In this document: piece after piece, positions 29,127 to 40,268 of the stretch
Layout: every line of letters begins with the position of its first letter
Position numbering within the stretch: position 1 is the first letter of the stretch
Origin: Nostoc sp. DedSLP01
GTDB lineage: Bacteria > Cyanobacteriota > Cyanobacteriia > Cyanobacteriales > Nostocaceae
Assembly: GCA_034530875.2 (NCBI GenBank)
Contig: JAVRCJ020000013.1
Location: forward strand, 128,001 to 192,000
Length of the DNA: 64,000 bases
Direction: 5' to 3'
Notes under the pieces: generated by a model
Told to the model about the DNA's origin: nothing
The model's input: the letters and a program-made list of their open reading frames with translations, nothing else
Database searches by the model: none
Program-made: the position numbers and the translations under genes

Positions 29127-32100
29127 ATGAGCCATCCTTCTTGCTTCACGATCCTAATAATTGACGATTGCGCTGAAGATCGCGAAGCATGTTGTCGCTT
29201 TTTACAGCAAGACAGCCTGTATACCTATCGCACTTTACAGTTTGAGTCGGCAACACAGGCAATGCAATGGTGTCAGCACGAGATTCCAGATATTATTTTG
29301 CTGGATTTTGTATTGTCTGATGGAGATGGGCTGAAGTTTATCGAGCAATTTCGGCAACGTCATGGCAATACTGAAACTGCTGTAATTCTACTGACAGCGC
29401 CAGGAAATGAAACTACTGCTGTCCGTGCCATCAAAAGTGGCATCCAGGATTATCTTGTCAAAGATCGGCTCACGGTTGAAGTTCTGCAAGGTGCAATTCA
29501 TCATGCCCTCGAACGGATGCATCTGACCCGACAGTTGGAACAAAGCCACGAACAACAACAACTAATTGCCACTATCGCCTTACGCATTCGTCAGTCTCTG
29601 CAACTAGAAGAAATTCTGCGTACCACAGCCACAGAAGTGCGGCAGTTTTTGAAAGCAGACCGAGTACTTGTCTATCAATTTCAGCCGGATATGAGTGGCA
29701 CGATTGTGGCGGAGTCGGTGCTTCCCGGTTGGACGGCGATTATAGGAAGGCAAATTTCCGACACCTACTTTCAACACAGAGGCTGGAGAGACTATGGCCA
29801 GGGAAAAAAACGAGCGATAGAGAATATTTATCAGGCTGAATTAAATACTTGTCACGTCCATCTCCTAGAACAATGGGAAGTTAAAGCCTATGTGGTAGTG
29901 CCTATTTTGGTTGCAAATCAGTTATGGGGATTATTAATTGCTCACCAATGTAGTGCATCCCGTCACTGGCAAGCAGTAGAACTGGAATTATTGGAGCAGC
30001 TGGGGGTGCAAATAGCGATCGCTATTCAACAAGCGAGTGCCTATCAGCAACTACAAGCAGAACTTGCAGAACGCCAACGCACACAAGCAGCCCTCAAAGC
30101 CAACAAAGAGAAACTCAAGCTCACTTTAAATTTTGCTGGTATTGGCTATTGGGAGTGGAACCCAGTTACTAATCGAATATTTGCCAGCCAGAATGCAATT
30201 CACTGTTTTTGCTCCCAGCAAAGTGATGTGGAGTTGAGTCTTGAGCAGTGGCTAACTCAGGTACATCCAAAAGACCGAGAATCGGTTGAGCAAGAACTCA
30301 AACAGGCGATCGCATCACAAACTGATTATGCTGTCGAATACCGAGCCACCTGTCAAGATGGCAGCATTCACTGGGTATCCGTAAAAGGACGCGGAGTTTA
30401 TGACGCAACCGGACAACTGCTGCAAATGTTGGGCGTATTGATGGACATTACAGAACGCAAACTCTCAGAAGAGCAACGGCGGCGGGCAGAGATGCTGGGA
30501 ATGGAATTACATTTTCTCGAGCAGATTCTCGAAGTCGGCCTAGCAGGTTACTGGGACTGGGATATTCCGGGCAAACAGCAGTATTTTAGCTCAACCTTCA
30601 AGCAGATGTTCGGCTATGAAGATGGGGAGTTAGTGAATATAACAGAAACTTGGCAAAGTCTGATTTTTCCAGAGGATTTACCAAGTATGTTGGAACTTTT
30701 CGAGCGACATGTTCAAAGTCGCGGAGAAATACCTTATTACAACGAAGTGAGATATCGGCATAAAGATGGGTCTACCGTTTGGGTAATTTGTTCGGGTCGC
30801 GTCATTGCCTGGGATGAAGATGGTAACCCCCTCCGCATGGTTGGTTGCCACATTGACATTACAAAACGCAAACAAACAGAAGCCCAGCTAATAGCCATCA
30901 ATAACTTGCAACAAGCGATTTTAGATGGCAGTGACTATGCAATTATTTTCAACAACTCAAATGGCATTCAAACCTTCAACACTGCGGCTCAAAAAATGTT
31001 GGGCTACACAGCAGACGAGGTGATTAATAAAGTCAGCCCAAGCACCTTTCACGACCCGGAAGAACTCAAACAACGAGCAGCAGCACTTTCATGGGAACTC
31101 GGTAGGGAAATCGCACCTGGTAGAGAATTTTTTACTACCGTGACTGAAGATGGAAGCACCTATGAAGACGAATGGGTGTACATTCGTAAAAATGGCTCTC
31201 GCTTTCCTGTATCGCTGTTAGTGAAAACCCTAAAGGATCTAGAAGGACACAACATCGGATTTTTGGGTATTGCCAAAGATATTACCCGACAAAAACAAAT
31301 AGAGACAGCCCTCAGAGACAGCGAACGCCGTTATGCAACTTTAACAGAAGCAGCTCCTGTGGGAATTCTCAGGCTTGATACTACTGGTCAATGCATCTAT
31401 GCCAATGATTGCTGGAGCAAGATTACAGGTAGACCGACACAGATGGCATTGGGAATGGGGTGGTTACAGGGTTTGCATCCAGAAGACCGCCATCGCCTGT
31501 TCAAGGAATGGTCTCAAGGGTTTTTAAAGATTTGCCAAGAAAGCAGGTATTTACATCCACATAATAGTGTCACTTGGTTTTACGTCCAGGTACTACCGGA
31601 AACCAACCGTTTTGGTATTGTTATTAGCTATATCTGTACCTTAACGGACATCACCGAACGCAAACAAGCAGAAGCAGCCTTACAGGAGAGCGAACACCGC
31701 TATGCAACATTAGCAAAAGCTGCTCCTGTTGCTATTTTCCGGTTTGACATGGTTGGTAACTGTGTTTATGTCAACGATTATTGGAGCGAACTCACGGGTA
31801 GACCAATAGAGGCAGCGATGGGGATGGGGTGGGTAGAAGCACTACATCCAGACGATCGCGATCGCATTGTTAAGGAATGGCATGAAGCAGACTTCGGGTC
31901 AAGAGAAATTTTTTGCAACGAGGGTAGGCATTTGCGCCCAGATAGCAGTATTAGCTGGTTTTACTGCCACATCCTACCCGAAACTAACACTAATGGTAAC
32001 ATTATCGGTTATATCGGGACGCTAACGGATATTACCATTCGCAAAGAAGCAGAAAAACAGCTACTTCACTTCTCAGAAAGACTCAGTTTAGCACTGCGTT

Positions 32101-34811
32101 CCGGAGGTTTTGGCATCTGGGAATATGATTTTGCCCAAGGAAGACAAATTTGGGACGACCGGATGCACGAACTGTATGGGTTTAAGCCTGGAGATTTTCC
32201 CGGTAGCTATGATGCTTGGTGGAACTGCCTGCATCCGGAGGATCGAGATTATATGTTGGCAAGTATGAAGCAAGTTATAGAAGGAAAACAAGAATATAAT
32301 GTAGAATTTCGCATCATTGAGCCTAGTGGCAAAATTCGTTATCTTAAAGCCTACGGCATTCTCAATTACAACGAGCAGGACGAACCTGTACGGATAATTG
32401 GGGTGAATTTTGACATCAGCGAAAGCAAACAAGCCCAACAAGAACTCATCCGCAATCGGGATTTGCGAGAAGCCATATTTAACGAATCTGCCGATGCGAT
32501 GTTTTTAGTCGATCCCGATAGATTGCTGACTCTGGATTGTAATCGCCGCGCAGTGGAATTATTTGAGGCGGTTGACAAAACTCAATTAATCGATATTAAT
32601 GGGCAGTCACTCCAGCGTCGTCCATTCACCGCCAGCGAAACAGATGCCATCGTCGCAGACATGCAGTCTAAAGGTTTCTGGAGCCGAGAAATTGAATATG
32701 TGACGCTTCAAGGTCAGATTTTCTGGGGAAATATTGCAGCCAAGCCAATTACTGTAGCCGGACGTACCATGAATATAGTACGGATAACTGATATCAGCGA
32801 TCGCAAACAGGCACAAGAGGCTCTGGCGAAATATGCCCATGAGGTTGAAGATCTTTACAATAATGCTCCTTGTGGCTACCATTCCCTTGATAGCGAAGGC
32901 CGATTGATTCAGATCAACGAGACGGAATTGCAATGGTTAGGCTATAACCGTGAGGAAATGATTGGCCAGCCCTTGGTGAATTTTTTCACCCCAGACGGCC
33001 GTTTGACCTTCGCGCACAACTATCCTCGCTTCAAAAAGCAAGGCTGGGTAAAGGATTTGGAGTATGAAATGATTTGTAAAGATGGCACAGTCTTTCCTGT
33101 GTTGATTAGTGCCACTGCCGTTAAGGATGCTGATGGCAACTATTTATATAGCCGCACCACTTTATTTGATATTCGCGAACAGCAAGCTGCGCTGCGGGAA
33201 CGCGAACGAGCCGAAGAAGAACTGCGGCAGACAAATCAGCAGCTTATTCACACTAATATTGAACTTGCCCGCGCCACTCGCCTCAAAGATGAATTTTTAG
33301 CAAACATGAGTCACGAGTTGCGAACACCTCTCAATGCCATTTTGGGGATGTCAGAGGGCTTGCAGGAAAGTGTCTTTGGTTCGATTAATGAGCGACAAGT
33401 AAAAGCGATCGCCACCATTGAACGTAGCGGTAGACATTTACTCGAACTGATTGATGACATCCTCGATTTGTCTAAAATCCAATCTGGCAAATTGGAACTG
33501 CAATTGAGTGAGGTTTCAGTCAGGAGTTTGTGTGATGCCAGCCTCGCTTTCGTCAAGCAGATGGCGTTAAAAAAGAATATTCGCCTCAATACTCAAGTTT
33601 ATGGCAATATTGGCAGCATCCAAGCAGACGATCGCCGCTTACGTCAGGTACTCATCAACCTGTTGAGCAATGCTGTCAAGTTCACCCCAGAAGGAGGCTC
33701 TGTCACCCTAGAAGTTGTGGTGGAAAAGGCAGGCAAAACAGGCGAAAACCTTTGCTTTTATATCACTGACACTGGTATCGGCATCGCAGCTGAAGATATC
33801 GGCAAGTTATTTCAGCCTTTCATCCAGCTTGACAGTAGCCTTAACCGCCAGTACAGTGGCACTGGTCTAGGTTTGGCACTGGTGCAGCAAATTGCCAATT
33901 TGCATGGAGGAACGGTTTCAGTTAGCAGTCAAATTGGCGAGGGAAGTTGTTTTAGCGTCCGCATTCTCTACCTTCCCAGCGATAACCTGCCAACAAAGCA
34001 CCTCGCTACTTCATTACCTAGCCATCGCTTAAGTGCTGAGAATGCTCAAGTTTTAATTATCGAGGATTCTGTTGCCGCCGCCGATCAAATTACTCGCTAC
34101 TTAAGCGAAATGGGAATGCAACCCATCATCTATCCTCAAGGTGAAGGAGCCGCAGAAGAAGTGTTGAGGGTTCAGCCTGCTTTAGTGATTCTAGATCTGC
34201 AACTGCCAAATCTGTCTGGTTGGGACGTCCTAGATCGACTCAAGAGCAACCCAAAAACCAGAGATATTCCAGCGATCGTGATTTCAGTAGTGGATGAGCG
34301 TACTAAAGGACTCGCTCAGGGAGCATTTGAATATTTAGTGAAACCGATTACCCGCGCTCAACTGCAAGCAACTATAGATAAACTGCAATATCCTCCCCGT
34401 TCTGAGCAGCAAAATTCAATTTTAGTGCCAGAAGCAGCTATCGGCACTCCTTTGATTTTATTAGCAGAAGATAATCAAGCAAATATTGATACAATATCAG
34501 GTTATCTTGAAAGTCGAGGATATCGTCTGATTCTGGCAAGCAATGGACAACAAGCTATTGACTTAGTTCGAGTTCAACGTCCCGACTTAGTTGTAATGGA
34601 TATTCAAATGCCGGGAATGGACGGATTAGAAGCAATGCGCCGCATCCGTAACGACCTGCAATTTGTAGATCTGCCGATGATTGCACTAACGGCCTTAGCT
34701 ATGCCAGGCGATCGCGAGACTTGTTTAGCGGCCGGAGCTAATGAATATTTGATTAAACCGATAAAACTGAAACAGCTTATGACCACAATTCAACAACTTT
34801 TAAAAAGGTAG
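29127..34811 (+). CDS. Large hybrid sensor kinase REC-GAF-multiPAS-HisKA-HATPase-REC-REC
   Basis: N-terminal REC, GAF (ADRVLVYQF..LWGLLIAHQC), many PAS/PAC repeats, MSHELRTPL, two C-terminal REC domains. Confidence 0.93.
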   Translation: MSHPSCFTILIIDDCAEDREACCRFLQQDSLYTYRTLQFESATQAMQWCQHEIPDIILLDFVLSDGDGLKFIEQFRQRHGNTETAVILLTAPGNETTAVRAIKSGIQDYLVKDRLTVEVLQGAIHHALERMHLTRQLEQSHEQQQLIATIALRIRQSLQLEEILRTTATEVRQFLKADRVLVYQFQPDMSGTIVAESVLPGWTAIIGRQISDTYFQHRGWRDYGQGKKRAIENIYQAELNTCHVHLLEQWEVKAYVVVPILVANQLWGLLIAHQCSASRHWQAVELELLEQLGVQIAIAIQQASAYQQLQAELAERQRTQAALKANKEKLKLTLNFAGIGYWEWNPVTNRIFASQNAIHCFCSQQSDVELSLEQWLTQVHPKDRESVEQELKQAIASQTDYAVEYRATCQDGSIHWVSVKGRGVYDATGQLLQMLGVLMDITERKLSEEQRRRAEMLGMELHFLEQILEVGLAGYWDWDIPGKQQYFSSTFKQMFGYEDGELVNITETWQSLIFPEDLPSMLELFERHVQSRGEIPYYNEVRYRHKDGSTVWVICSGRVIAWDEDGNPLRMVGCHIDITKRKQTEAQLIAINNLQQAILDGSDYAIIFNNSNGIQTFNTAAQKMLGYTADEVINKVSPSTFHDPEELKQRAAALSWELGREIAPGREFFTTVTEDGSTYEDEWVYIRKNGSRFPVSLLVKTLKDLEGHNIGFLGIAKDITRQKQIETALRDSERRYATLTEAAPVGILRLDTTGQCIYANDCWSKITGRPTQMALGMGWLQGLHPEDRHRLFKEWSQGFLKICQESRYLHPHNSVTWFYVQVLPETNRFGIVISYICTLTDITERKQAEAALQESEHRYATLAKAAPVAIFRFDMVGNCVYVNDYWSELTGRPIEAAMGMGWVEALHPDDRDRIVKEWHEADFGSREIFCNEGRHLRPDSSISWFYCHILPETNTNGNIIGYIGTLTDITIRKEAEKQLLHFSERLSLALRSGGFGIWEYDFAQGRQIWDDRMHELYGFKPGDFPGSYDAWWNCLHPEDRDYMLASMKQVIEGKQEYNVEFRIIEPSGKIRYLKAYGILNYNEQDEPVRIIGVNFDISESKQAQQELIRNRDLREAIFNESADAMFLVDPDRLLTLDCNRRAVELFEAVDKTQLIDINGQSLQRRPFTASETDAIVADMQSKGFWSREIEYVTLQGQIFWGNIAAKPITVAGRTMNIVRITDISDRKQAQEALAKYAHEVEDLYNNAPCGYHSLDSEGRLIQINETELQWLGYNREEMIGQPLVNFFTPDGRLTFAHNYPRFKKQGWVKDLEYEMICKDGTVFPVLISATAVKDADGNYLYSRTTLFDIREQQAALRERERAEEELRQTNQQLIHTNIELARATRLKDEFLANMSHELRTPLNAILGMSEGLQESVFGSINERQVKAIATIERSGRHLLELIDDILDLSKIQSGKLELQLSEVSVRSLCDASLAFVKQMALKKNIRLNTQVYGNIGSIQADDRRLRQVLINLLSNAVKFTPEGGSVTLEVVVEKAGKTGENLCFYITDTGIGIAAEDIGKLFQPFIQLDSSLNRQYSGTGLGLALVQQIANLHGGTVSVSSQIGEGSCFSVRILYLPSDNLPTKHLATSLPSHRLSAENAQVLIIEDSVAAADQITRYLSEMGMQPIIYPQGEGAAEEVLRVQPALVILDLQLPNLSGWDVLDRLKSNPKTRDIPAIVISVVDERTKGLAQGAFEYLVKPITRAQLQATIDKLQYPPRSEQQNSILVPEAAIGTPLILLAEDNQANIDTISGYLESRGYRLILASNGQQAIDLVRVQRPDLVVMDIQMPGMDGLEAMRRIRNDLQFVDLPMIALTALAMPGDRETCLAAGANEYLIKPIKLKQLMTTIQQLLKR

Positions 34812-34823
34812 TGAAAATTTTGG

Positions 34824-35894
34824 ATGGATACTCAACCTTCTATTTTAGTAATCGATGATGAACCAGATAACTTTGATGTTTTTGAAACTTTATTGGATGG
34901 GGAAAACTATCAGCTATACTATGCTCCTGGCGGTCAACAAGCTCTCAATCGTCTCCATAGCTTTCAGCCCGACCTGATTTTACTGGATGTGATGATGCCC
35001 GATCTAGATGGCATGGAAGTCTGCCAGCGCATCAAAGCCGATCCAAAATGGCAAGCGGTGCCAGTGATTATGGTGACAGCATTAACTGCAAAAGAAGATT
35101 TAGCTCGATGTCTAGCGACGGGTGCTGATGATTTCATTAGTAAACCCGTCAATGGTGTGGAATTACGAGCCAGAGTTAATTCCATGTTGCGGATTAAACA
35201 GCAGTACGACAGCTTACAAGTATTGCTTAACCTGCGAGAAGACATGGTAAATACTATCGTCCACGACTTGCGAAATCCTCTGACGAGTATTGTCTTAGCG
35301 GCTGAGATTCTGCGATTTCCAAGTTTGTCACCAAAACAGCAGCAAGCAAAAATTGAGCAAATTTTACTTGCTAGCGGACAACTACAATCGTTGATTGATA
35401 GCTTGCTGCTCATGGCAAAGTTGGAATCTGGAAAAATGGTTCTCAATTATAGCGGAGTAGATCTTTATCGGCTGTGTATGTCAGCATTGAAAGATTTTGA
35501 AGCGATCGCTACCCAAAAGAATATTACCCTGATTAGTGAATTACCCGAACCGGGTGGCATTGTTGAAGTAGATGCTCTAATCTTTCGCCGAGTGCTGGAT
35601 AATTTGGTTAGCAATGCCATTAAATTTTCACCACCAAACTCTCAAGTTACCTTGCGTGCAGAGTATTTGCCAGCCGGAGGCATAAAATTGCAAGTCGCTG
35701 ACACAGGGAGAGGAGTTCCCCAAGAGTTACGAAAAGTTATTTTTGAGAAATATGAAGTCGGCACTCGCATGTCTGAAGTTTCCCAAATAGGGTTAGGATT
35801 GGCTTTTTGTAAAATGGCGATCGAGGCACACTGCGGCACAATTATCATCGAAGATAATTATGCAAATGGTAGTATTTTTACAGTCAGGATTTAA
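34824..35894 (+). CDS. Hybrid response regulator-histidine kinase
   Basis: LVIDDE, LDVMMP, VHDLRNPL, NAIKFS, GLGLAFC. Confidence 0.92.
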   Translation: MDTQPSILVIDDEPDNFDVFETLLDGENYQLYYAPGGQQALNRLHSFQPDLILLDVMMPDLDGMEVCQRIKADPKWQAVPVIMVTALTAKEDLARCLATGADDFISKPVNGVELRARVNSMLRIKQQYDSLQVLLNLREDMVNTIVHDLRNPLTSIVLAAEILRFPSLSPKQQQAKIEQILLASGQLQSLIDSLLLMAKLESGKMVLNYSGVDLYRLCMSALKDFEAIATQKNITLISELPEPGGIVEVDALIFRRVLDNLVSNAIKFSPPNSQVTLRAEYLPAGGIKLQVADTGRGVPQELRKVIFEKYEVGTRMSEVSQIGLGLAFCKMAIEAHCGTIIIEDNYANGSIFTVRI

Positions 35895-36016
35895 GCCTCG
35901 TTTGCCATCTAACCATTTGCAGATTCCAAAAAATATTATTGTTATCAGGTTATTTATCAGTCTAGTTTTCTGTAATTAAAATTCAAGAATTATTGCTCAA
36001 ATATGCTTGGCAAATT

Positions 36017-36493
36017 ATGAAAATTTTATTCATCTTAATTGCTCCAAAAGGAGCAGGTAAAAGTTATATAGGAAACTTAATTAATGCCCATACAGGAATC
36101 AAATTTCTTTCTGTTATCTATCGAAAAAATAGAAGAATACAATAAAATTGCTGCTGAGGTCAGCTATAAATGGGATTTAGTAATCAATACCTTTGCCAAA
36201 ATAAGAGCCTACAAAAATTTTGGCAAAAACGGCAAAATGACTTATGTATAAGCGTTTAGCTCACAAGGTAGCTTGGAAGCTCAAACCCTTGATACTGCGG
36301 CAAGACATTAAAAAATGCTTGCTGGAAACCTGGAAGGAATTTTTAGAACTTATTGTTTTTGCCAAACCGTTGAGAACAAGACGTTAATACATCAACTCAA
36401 CCTCGTAAATTGGCGAAGGTATTGGTAATTGATAATAATACTCCTGCATCTGATTTAGAAATTATTAAAGCAATTCAGACTATTGAAGAATAA
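36017..36493 (+). pseudogene. Degraded P-loop kinase-like gene
   Basis: MKILFILIAPKGAGKSYIG start, then a frameshift or deletion; the tail WDLVIDNN..AIQTIEE* is split by a MITE. Confidence 0.55.
36185..36424. mobile_element. 240-bp MITE
   Basis: TIR CAATACCTTTGCCAA / TTGGCGAAGGTATTG with 5-bp target duplication GTAAT (36180-36184 and 36425-36429). Confidence 0.8.
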
Positions 36494-36629
36494 GAAAACT
36501 TCAAGAAATAAAAATAACCGCTGTAAGTTACTAATTGTTTCTTGTTCTTATACTTTCACTCAAGCATATTAGTTGAACGCTAATACGGCACCAGTTAACG
36601 ATTTAGGTGCGTTAGGCTACGCCATAACA

Positions 36630-36729
36630 CAATACGGTTCAGTTAACGTTTTAGTCTTCTTAAGATCCCCCCAACCCCCCTTAAAAAGGGGGTCGCCGTA
36701 GGCGGGGGGATCTTAACTGAACCGCATTG
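36630..36729. mobile_element. 100-bp MITE inserted in a REP-like palindrome
   Basis: TIR CAATACGGTTCAGTTAA / TTAACTGAACCGCATTG with 10-bp duplication CGCCATAACA (36620-36629 and 36730-36739). Confidence 0.85.
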
Positions 36730-36789
36730 CGCCATAACACACCCTACAGATACTAAGATTTTTGCATAAATCAAATCGGACTCCTATCG

Positions 36790-39312
36790 CTATTTTGATG
36801 CTGTTTGCGTAGACATTGTTAATGTTCCGATATTGTATAATCCAGCTTGATTGGCAGGGATTTCAAACTGCACTACCTGTTGTAAATCACCAAGCAAACG
36901 GATTTCATAGCGTCCTGGCTTTAACCCTGGTAATGCAAACTTACCTGCTTTATTAGTGAACAGCGTTAATGTTTGCCAATTATGGTCTGAAAGCGAAATA
37001 ACCTTACCAGATTGTAGGGCAACGGCTTTGCCATTAACTAATAGCAACTTGCCTCTGAGAAAAACTGTCGCATCTGTACCAACACGAATTAGCGTACCAC
37101 TTTTATAACTTGGTAAAACTGCATAATATTCTTGACCTAAATCGTATCCTAAAGGCAAATTCGAGCTATCAATTTTAATATTAGAAACGTTGTATGGTTG
37201 GAGATTAGGAATAATTGCCGGGCCTAAGCGATCGATGCGTGCAGTATAGCCATTTATCGCTGGGTTAATTCCAATAGTTTGACGTTCTAAGTTATGATGA
37301 GCCACTACTAAGGCAAAACTATTTTCCACAGGGCGCGACCACCCAAAATAGCCATCAGCAAAGACTAAAGCTGTACCAAAAGTTAACTTAGTTTTATTAC
37401 TGCTACTGCCATCATCCAAAGTAGATAATGCATGGAAAATATCAATTTTACCGCGATAGTTTGTATAAGATAACTGACCATTACCTTGATAAGTATTAGA
37501 TTTTTTAGAAGCATTAATTGAACTGATAATTCCACCAATAGCTTCTCGAGAATTATAGTTCCAACTCATTTGATTATCTATTCCAGAATTAGCAATTTCT
37601 GTATTAGTACGTGTTGATTGTTGTTGTTGGGTTCTTAACCAAGAAAAGCTGACGTAAACACGTTGTTCATCTTGTCCAGTGCTATTAAGGCTTTGGCTGA
37701 TATTAAAATTAATCCCTAAGCCGTTTCTGAAGTTTTTTGACAGGCTAAGATTAATTGTACGCTTGTCAGGTGTATTACCATTGCCAAACTGATATCTGGC
37801 ACTTAAGTTAGTATTAATATTATTAAATATTTTTTGTCCGTAATTAGCAGAAATATCCCAATTATACTTATTTTTATTAGCCTCGTCTCCCCAAGACATA
37901 AAATTCGAACCCTGATGTTCTATAGCAATATTGAATGTCCGCTGGGAAGGATTATTATTACCAAATTTAAAATAGTTATAACGTAATTTAACAGCGTAAT
38001 CAGCACCAAGATTACTGGCATTACTAAGAGCAATATCCCAACCCAAATTCCCTAAAGAAGTTGCAATAATTCCTTCAATACCTGCCATCTGTTGTTTAGT
38101 ATCGCCTTGTAAATATCCGCCCATTGTCAAATTATTAGATAAACCCCAGCGATGAGATAATGACAATGTAGGGCGTTGCCAGTCATAAGTATAAACTCCA
38201 TTTTCTACACGAGCAGGGAAACCCAAGCCAGAGGCAAATTGTTGTAAACCTGGGGCGAGTAACTCATTAGCCAGAGCAGTAGAAAAGTTAAGTCGAGAAA
38301 CACGACCTACATTATCAGTAATTACTAATTGGACATCGTTAGCACCAACAGCCAAAGGTAAGTCGCGGATATCTTGTTTGCCAGCAGGTAATTGTAAGGT
38401 ATCTACTAAACGATTGTTAACAAATACTTCAACTTTTGACTGAGTTTCTAAAAAGAATTCAAATTCACTGATGGGTCTTGTTATCCGATATGGCTGTAGC
38501 GAAAAGTTTTTCGCCACCGTAATTCCTGCCATTGGTATGCTTCTTTGATAGCCAGTAACGGGAGTAGAAACATCACCAAAAACATAGCGCAGGGAATTAG
38601 CGGGGTCATCTTTAACTAGGCGCAAATCACCTCGTATTAAAGGAGCTTGTGCTCCTTCTGTGAAATTACTACTACCTTCTAATACCCAGCCTTTGACATT
38701 TACAGCTCCCTCTATATCCAGACGTAGCGGTTGACGTCCTAAAGTTGCCGCCTGGTTACCCGACCAAATAAACTCTTCCCCACCACGCAAATTCACATAG
38801 CCACTAACTGTACTAGGACGCAGAGCATTTTCTGCTTCCGGAGGTATGCCTTGCTGTCGGGATTGGTAAATATTTGTTTTTCGCTGTGCGGGTGGAATCT
38901 GGATTTGTAACTCTAATGTCCGTTCGTTAAAGGCTGCTATTAAACCATTTTGTTGCAAAACTTCTAAGGAGAGATTGCCTTCAGTATCAACTGCTGTTGT
39001 CAGTTGTTTTTGTGTCTCAGGACGCACAAATTTGGCAATTTCTTCTAATACTGGTGTCGCTTGCAAGCGAACTGCGGGTATACCACCAGGGGACAACACA
39101 ACGGTAGTCTGACCATTTTGTTGTCCATCAATGAAAAAAGGAACTATTACTGGTTGTACACCACTTGTTTGTGGTCTGCCAAAAACCTTTTTAAATAGTT
39201 CTTCTTTGTTTTCCTTAGTGGTAGTTGTTTCTGGTTGAGTTTGTGCTGAAATTGGAGTGGAAAATAGCACCAAAACACAACTTATAAATAAAATGATGTA
39301 TCGACATTGCAT
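36790..39312 (-). CDS. Fimbrial outer-membrane usher protein
   Basis: Signal peptide, beta-barrel character, SKVEVFVNN..LPAGKQDIRDLPL..GANDVQLVITDNVG plug-region motif; downstream of a chaperone and pilins. Confidence 0.88.
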   Translation of the reverse strand: MQCRYIILFISCVLVLFSTPISAQTQPETTTTKENKEELFKKVFGRPQTSGVQPVIVPFFIDGQQNGQTTVVLSPGGIPAVRLQATPVLEEIAKFVRPETQKQLTTAVDTEGNLSLEVLQQNGLIAAFNERTLELQIQIPPAQRKTNIYQSRQQGIPPEAENALRPSTVSGYVNLRGGEEFIWSGNQAATLGRQPLRLDIEGAVNVKGWVLEGSSNFTEGAQAPLIRGDLRLVKDDPANSLRYVFGDVSTPVTGYQRSIPMAGITVAKNFSLQPYRITRPISEFEFFLETQSKVEVFVNNRLVDTLQLPAGKQDIRDLPLAVGANDVQLVITDNVGRVSRLNFSTALANELLAPGLQQFASGLGFPARVENGVYTYDWQRPTLSLSHRWGLSNNLTMGGYLQGDTKQQMAGIEGIIATSLGNLGWDIALSNASNLGADYAVKLRYNYFKFGNNNPSQRTFNIAIEHQGSNFMSWGDEANKNKYNWDISANYGQKIFNNINTNLSARYQFGNGNTPDKRTINLSLSKNFRNGLGINFNISQSLNSTGQDEQRVYVSFSWLRTQQQQSTRTNTEIANSGIDNQMSWNYNSREAIGGIISSINASKKSNTYQGNGQLSYTNYRGKIDIFHALSTLDDGSSSNKTKLTFGTALVFADGYFGWSRPVENSFALVVAHHNLERQTIGINPAINGYTARIDRLGPAIIPNLQPYNVSNIKIDSSNLPLGYDLGQEYYAVLPSYKSGTLIRVGTDATVFLRGKLLLVNGKAVALQSGKVISLSDHNWQTLTLFTNKAGKFALPGLKPGRYEIRLLGDLQQVVQFEIPANQAGLYNIGTLTMSTQTASK

Positions 39313-39356
39313 TTTTTAAGAGTTTTGGTTTAGAGATTATCAACTAAAGAAGATTG

Positions 39357-40112
39357 TTACTTTTGTTGCTCAAAATTCAAAGTGGTTGATACTTCACCAA
39401 CAGGTAAACCAACAGGCCAAGGAATCACAAAGAGACGTTTATTTCCAGCAAGAATAACAGCGTTGTTTATTCCTGCTAGTTGTTCGGAGTTAAGCTGAAC
39501 TGTCGTTCCTTGCACTTGAAGGGATAAGCTAAGTTTTTTCAAAATTGCGCGAGCATTACCTTCATTGTGTAAGGTAATAGCTAACTCATTGGCACCGTTG
39601 TTACCTTTTTGCAGTTTTACTGTATCTACAACTACTTTCTGTTGCACGTTTTGGGGGCGGATAAAAAGAGAACCCATGTAGCGCATTAATACTTTTACTT
39701 GGCCTACAGGTTTTGTTTGATTAGCTTGATTCGGCTGCAATTCGATAGGTACTTGCTGTGCTACGAGACGATATGCTAGTTCTAAAGTTGGTTTGGGATC
39801 TCCTACCCAGGTTACGCGCACAGTTTGTTTTTCACCAGCTTGCAGCAAAATTTGTGGTGGATAAATCAGAAAGTCATCATCAGCATCGGAGTAGCTTTCT
39901 GTACCTGTGATATCCATTTGTCGTTTAACTACAGACATTTCTACTGCTAGCGATTCGTTGCCGTCGTTAACAATTTCATAAGACTGAGTTGCGCCTGAAC
40001 CACTAGGAGTAAATACTCTAGAAATCGGCAGTAATTTGAATGCTAAAGCAGGTTGCACGCCTAAAATTAATAAGAAGCAAGTTAATAAAATGTGCTGTAA
40101 TGAAAATTTCAT
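39357..40112 (-). CDS. PapD-like pilus chaperone
   Basis: Signal peptide; YPPQILLQAGEKQTVRV, ELAYRLVAQQVP, LHNEGN. Confidence 0.88.
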   Translation of the reverse strand: MKFSLQHILLTCFLLILGVQPALAFKLLPISRVFTPSGSGATQSYEIVNDGNESLAVEMSVVKRQMDITGTESYSDADDDFLIYPPQILLQAGEKQTVRVTWVGDPKPTLELAYRLVAQQVPIELQPNQANQTKPVGQVKVLMRYMGSLFIRPQNVQQKVVVDTVKLQKGNNGANELAITLHNEGNARAILKKLSLSLQVQGTTVQLNSEQLAGINNAVILAGNKRLFVIPWPVGLPVGEVSTTLNFEQQK

Positions 40113-40268
40113 AGTATTAATGTCTCAAGAATATTAATGCGATCGCACTTTTAAACAGCGAACAGTATTACAGCAGATTTCCATATCTGCAATGAAACTG
40201 AAAACTCACACAGCAAATCGGTGAAAATTTTTTAATTTATTAGAATTGCTGAAAATTAATCAGATAGA

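Noticed and set aside
30678..35848. Short antisense and alternate-frame ORFs within the kinase genes
   Set aside because: Shadows of long, motif-rich coding sequences.
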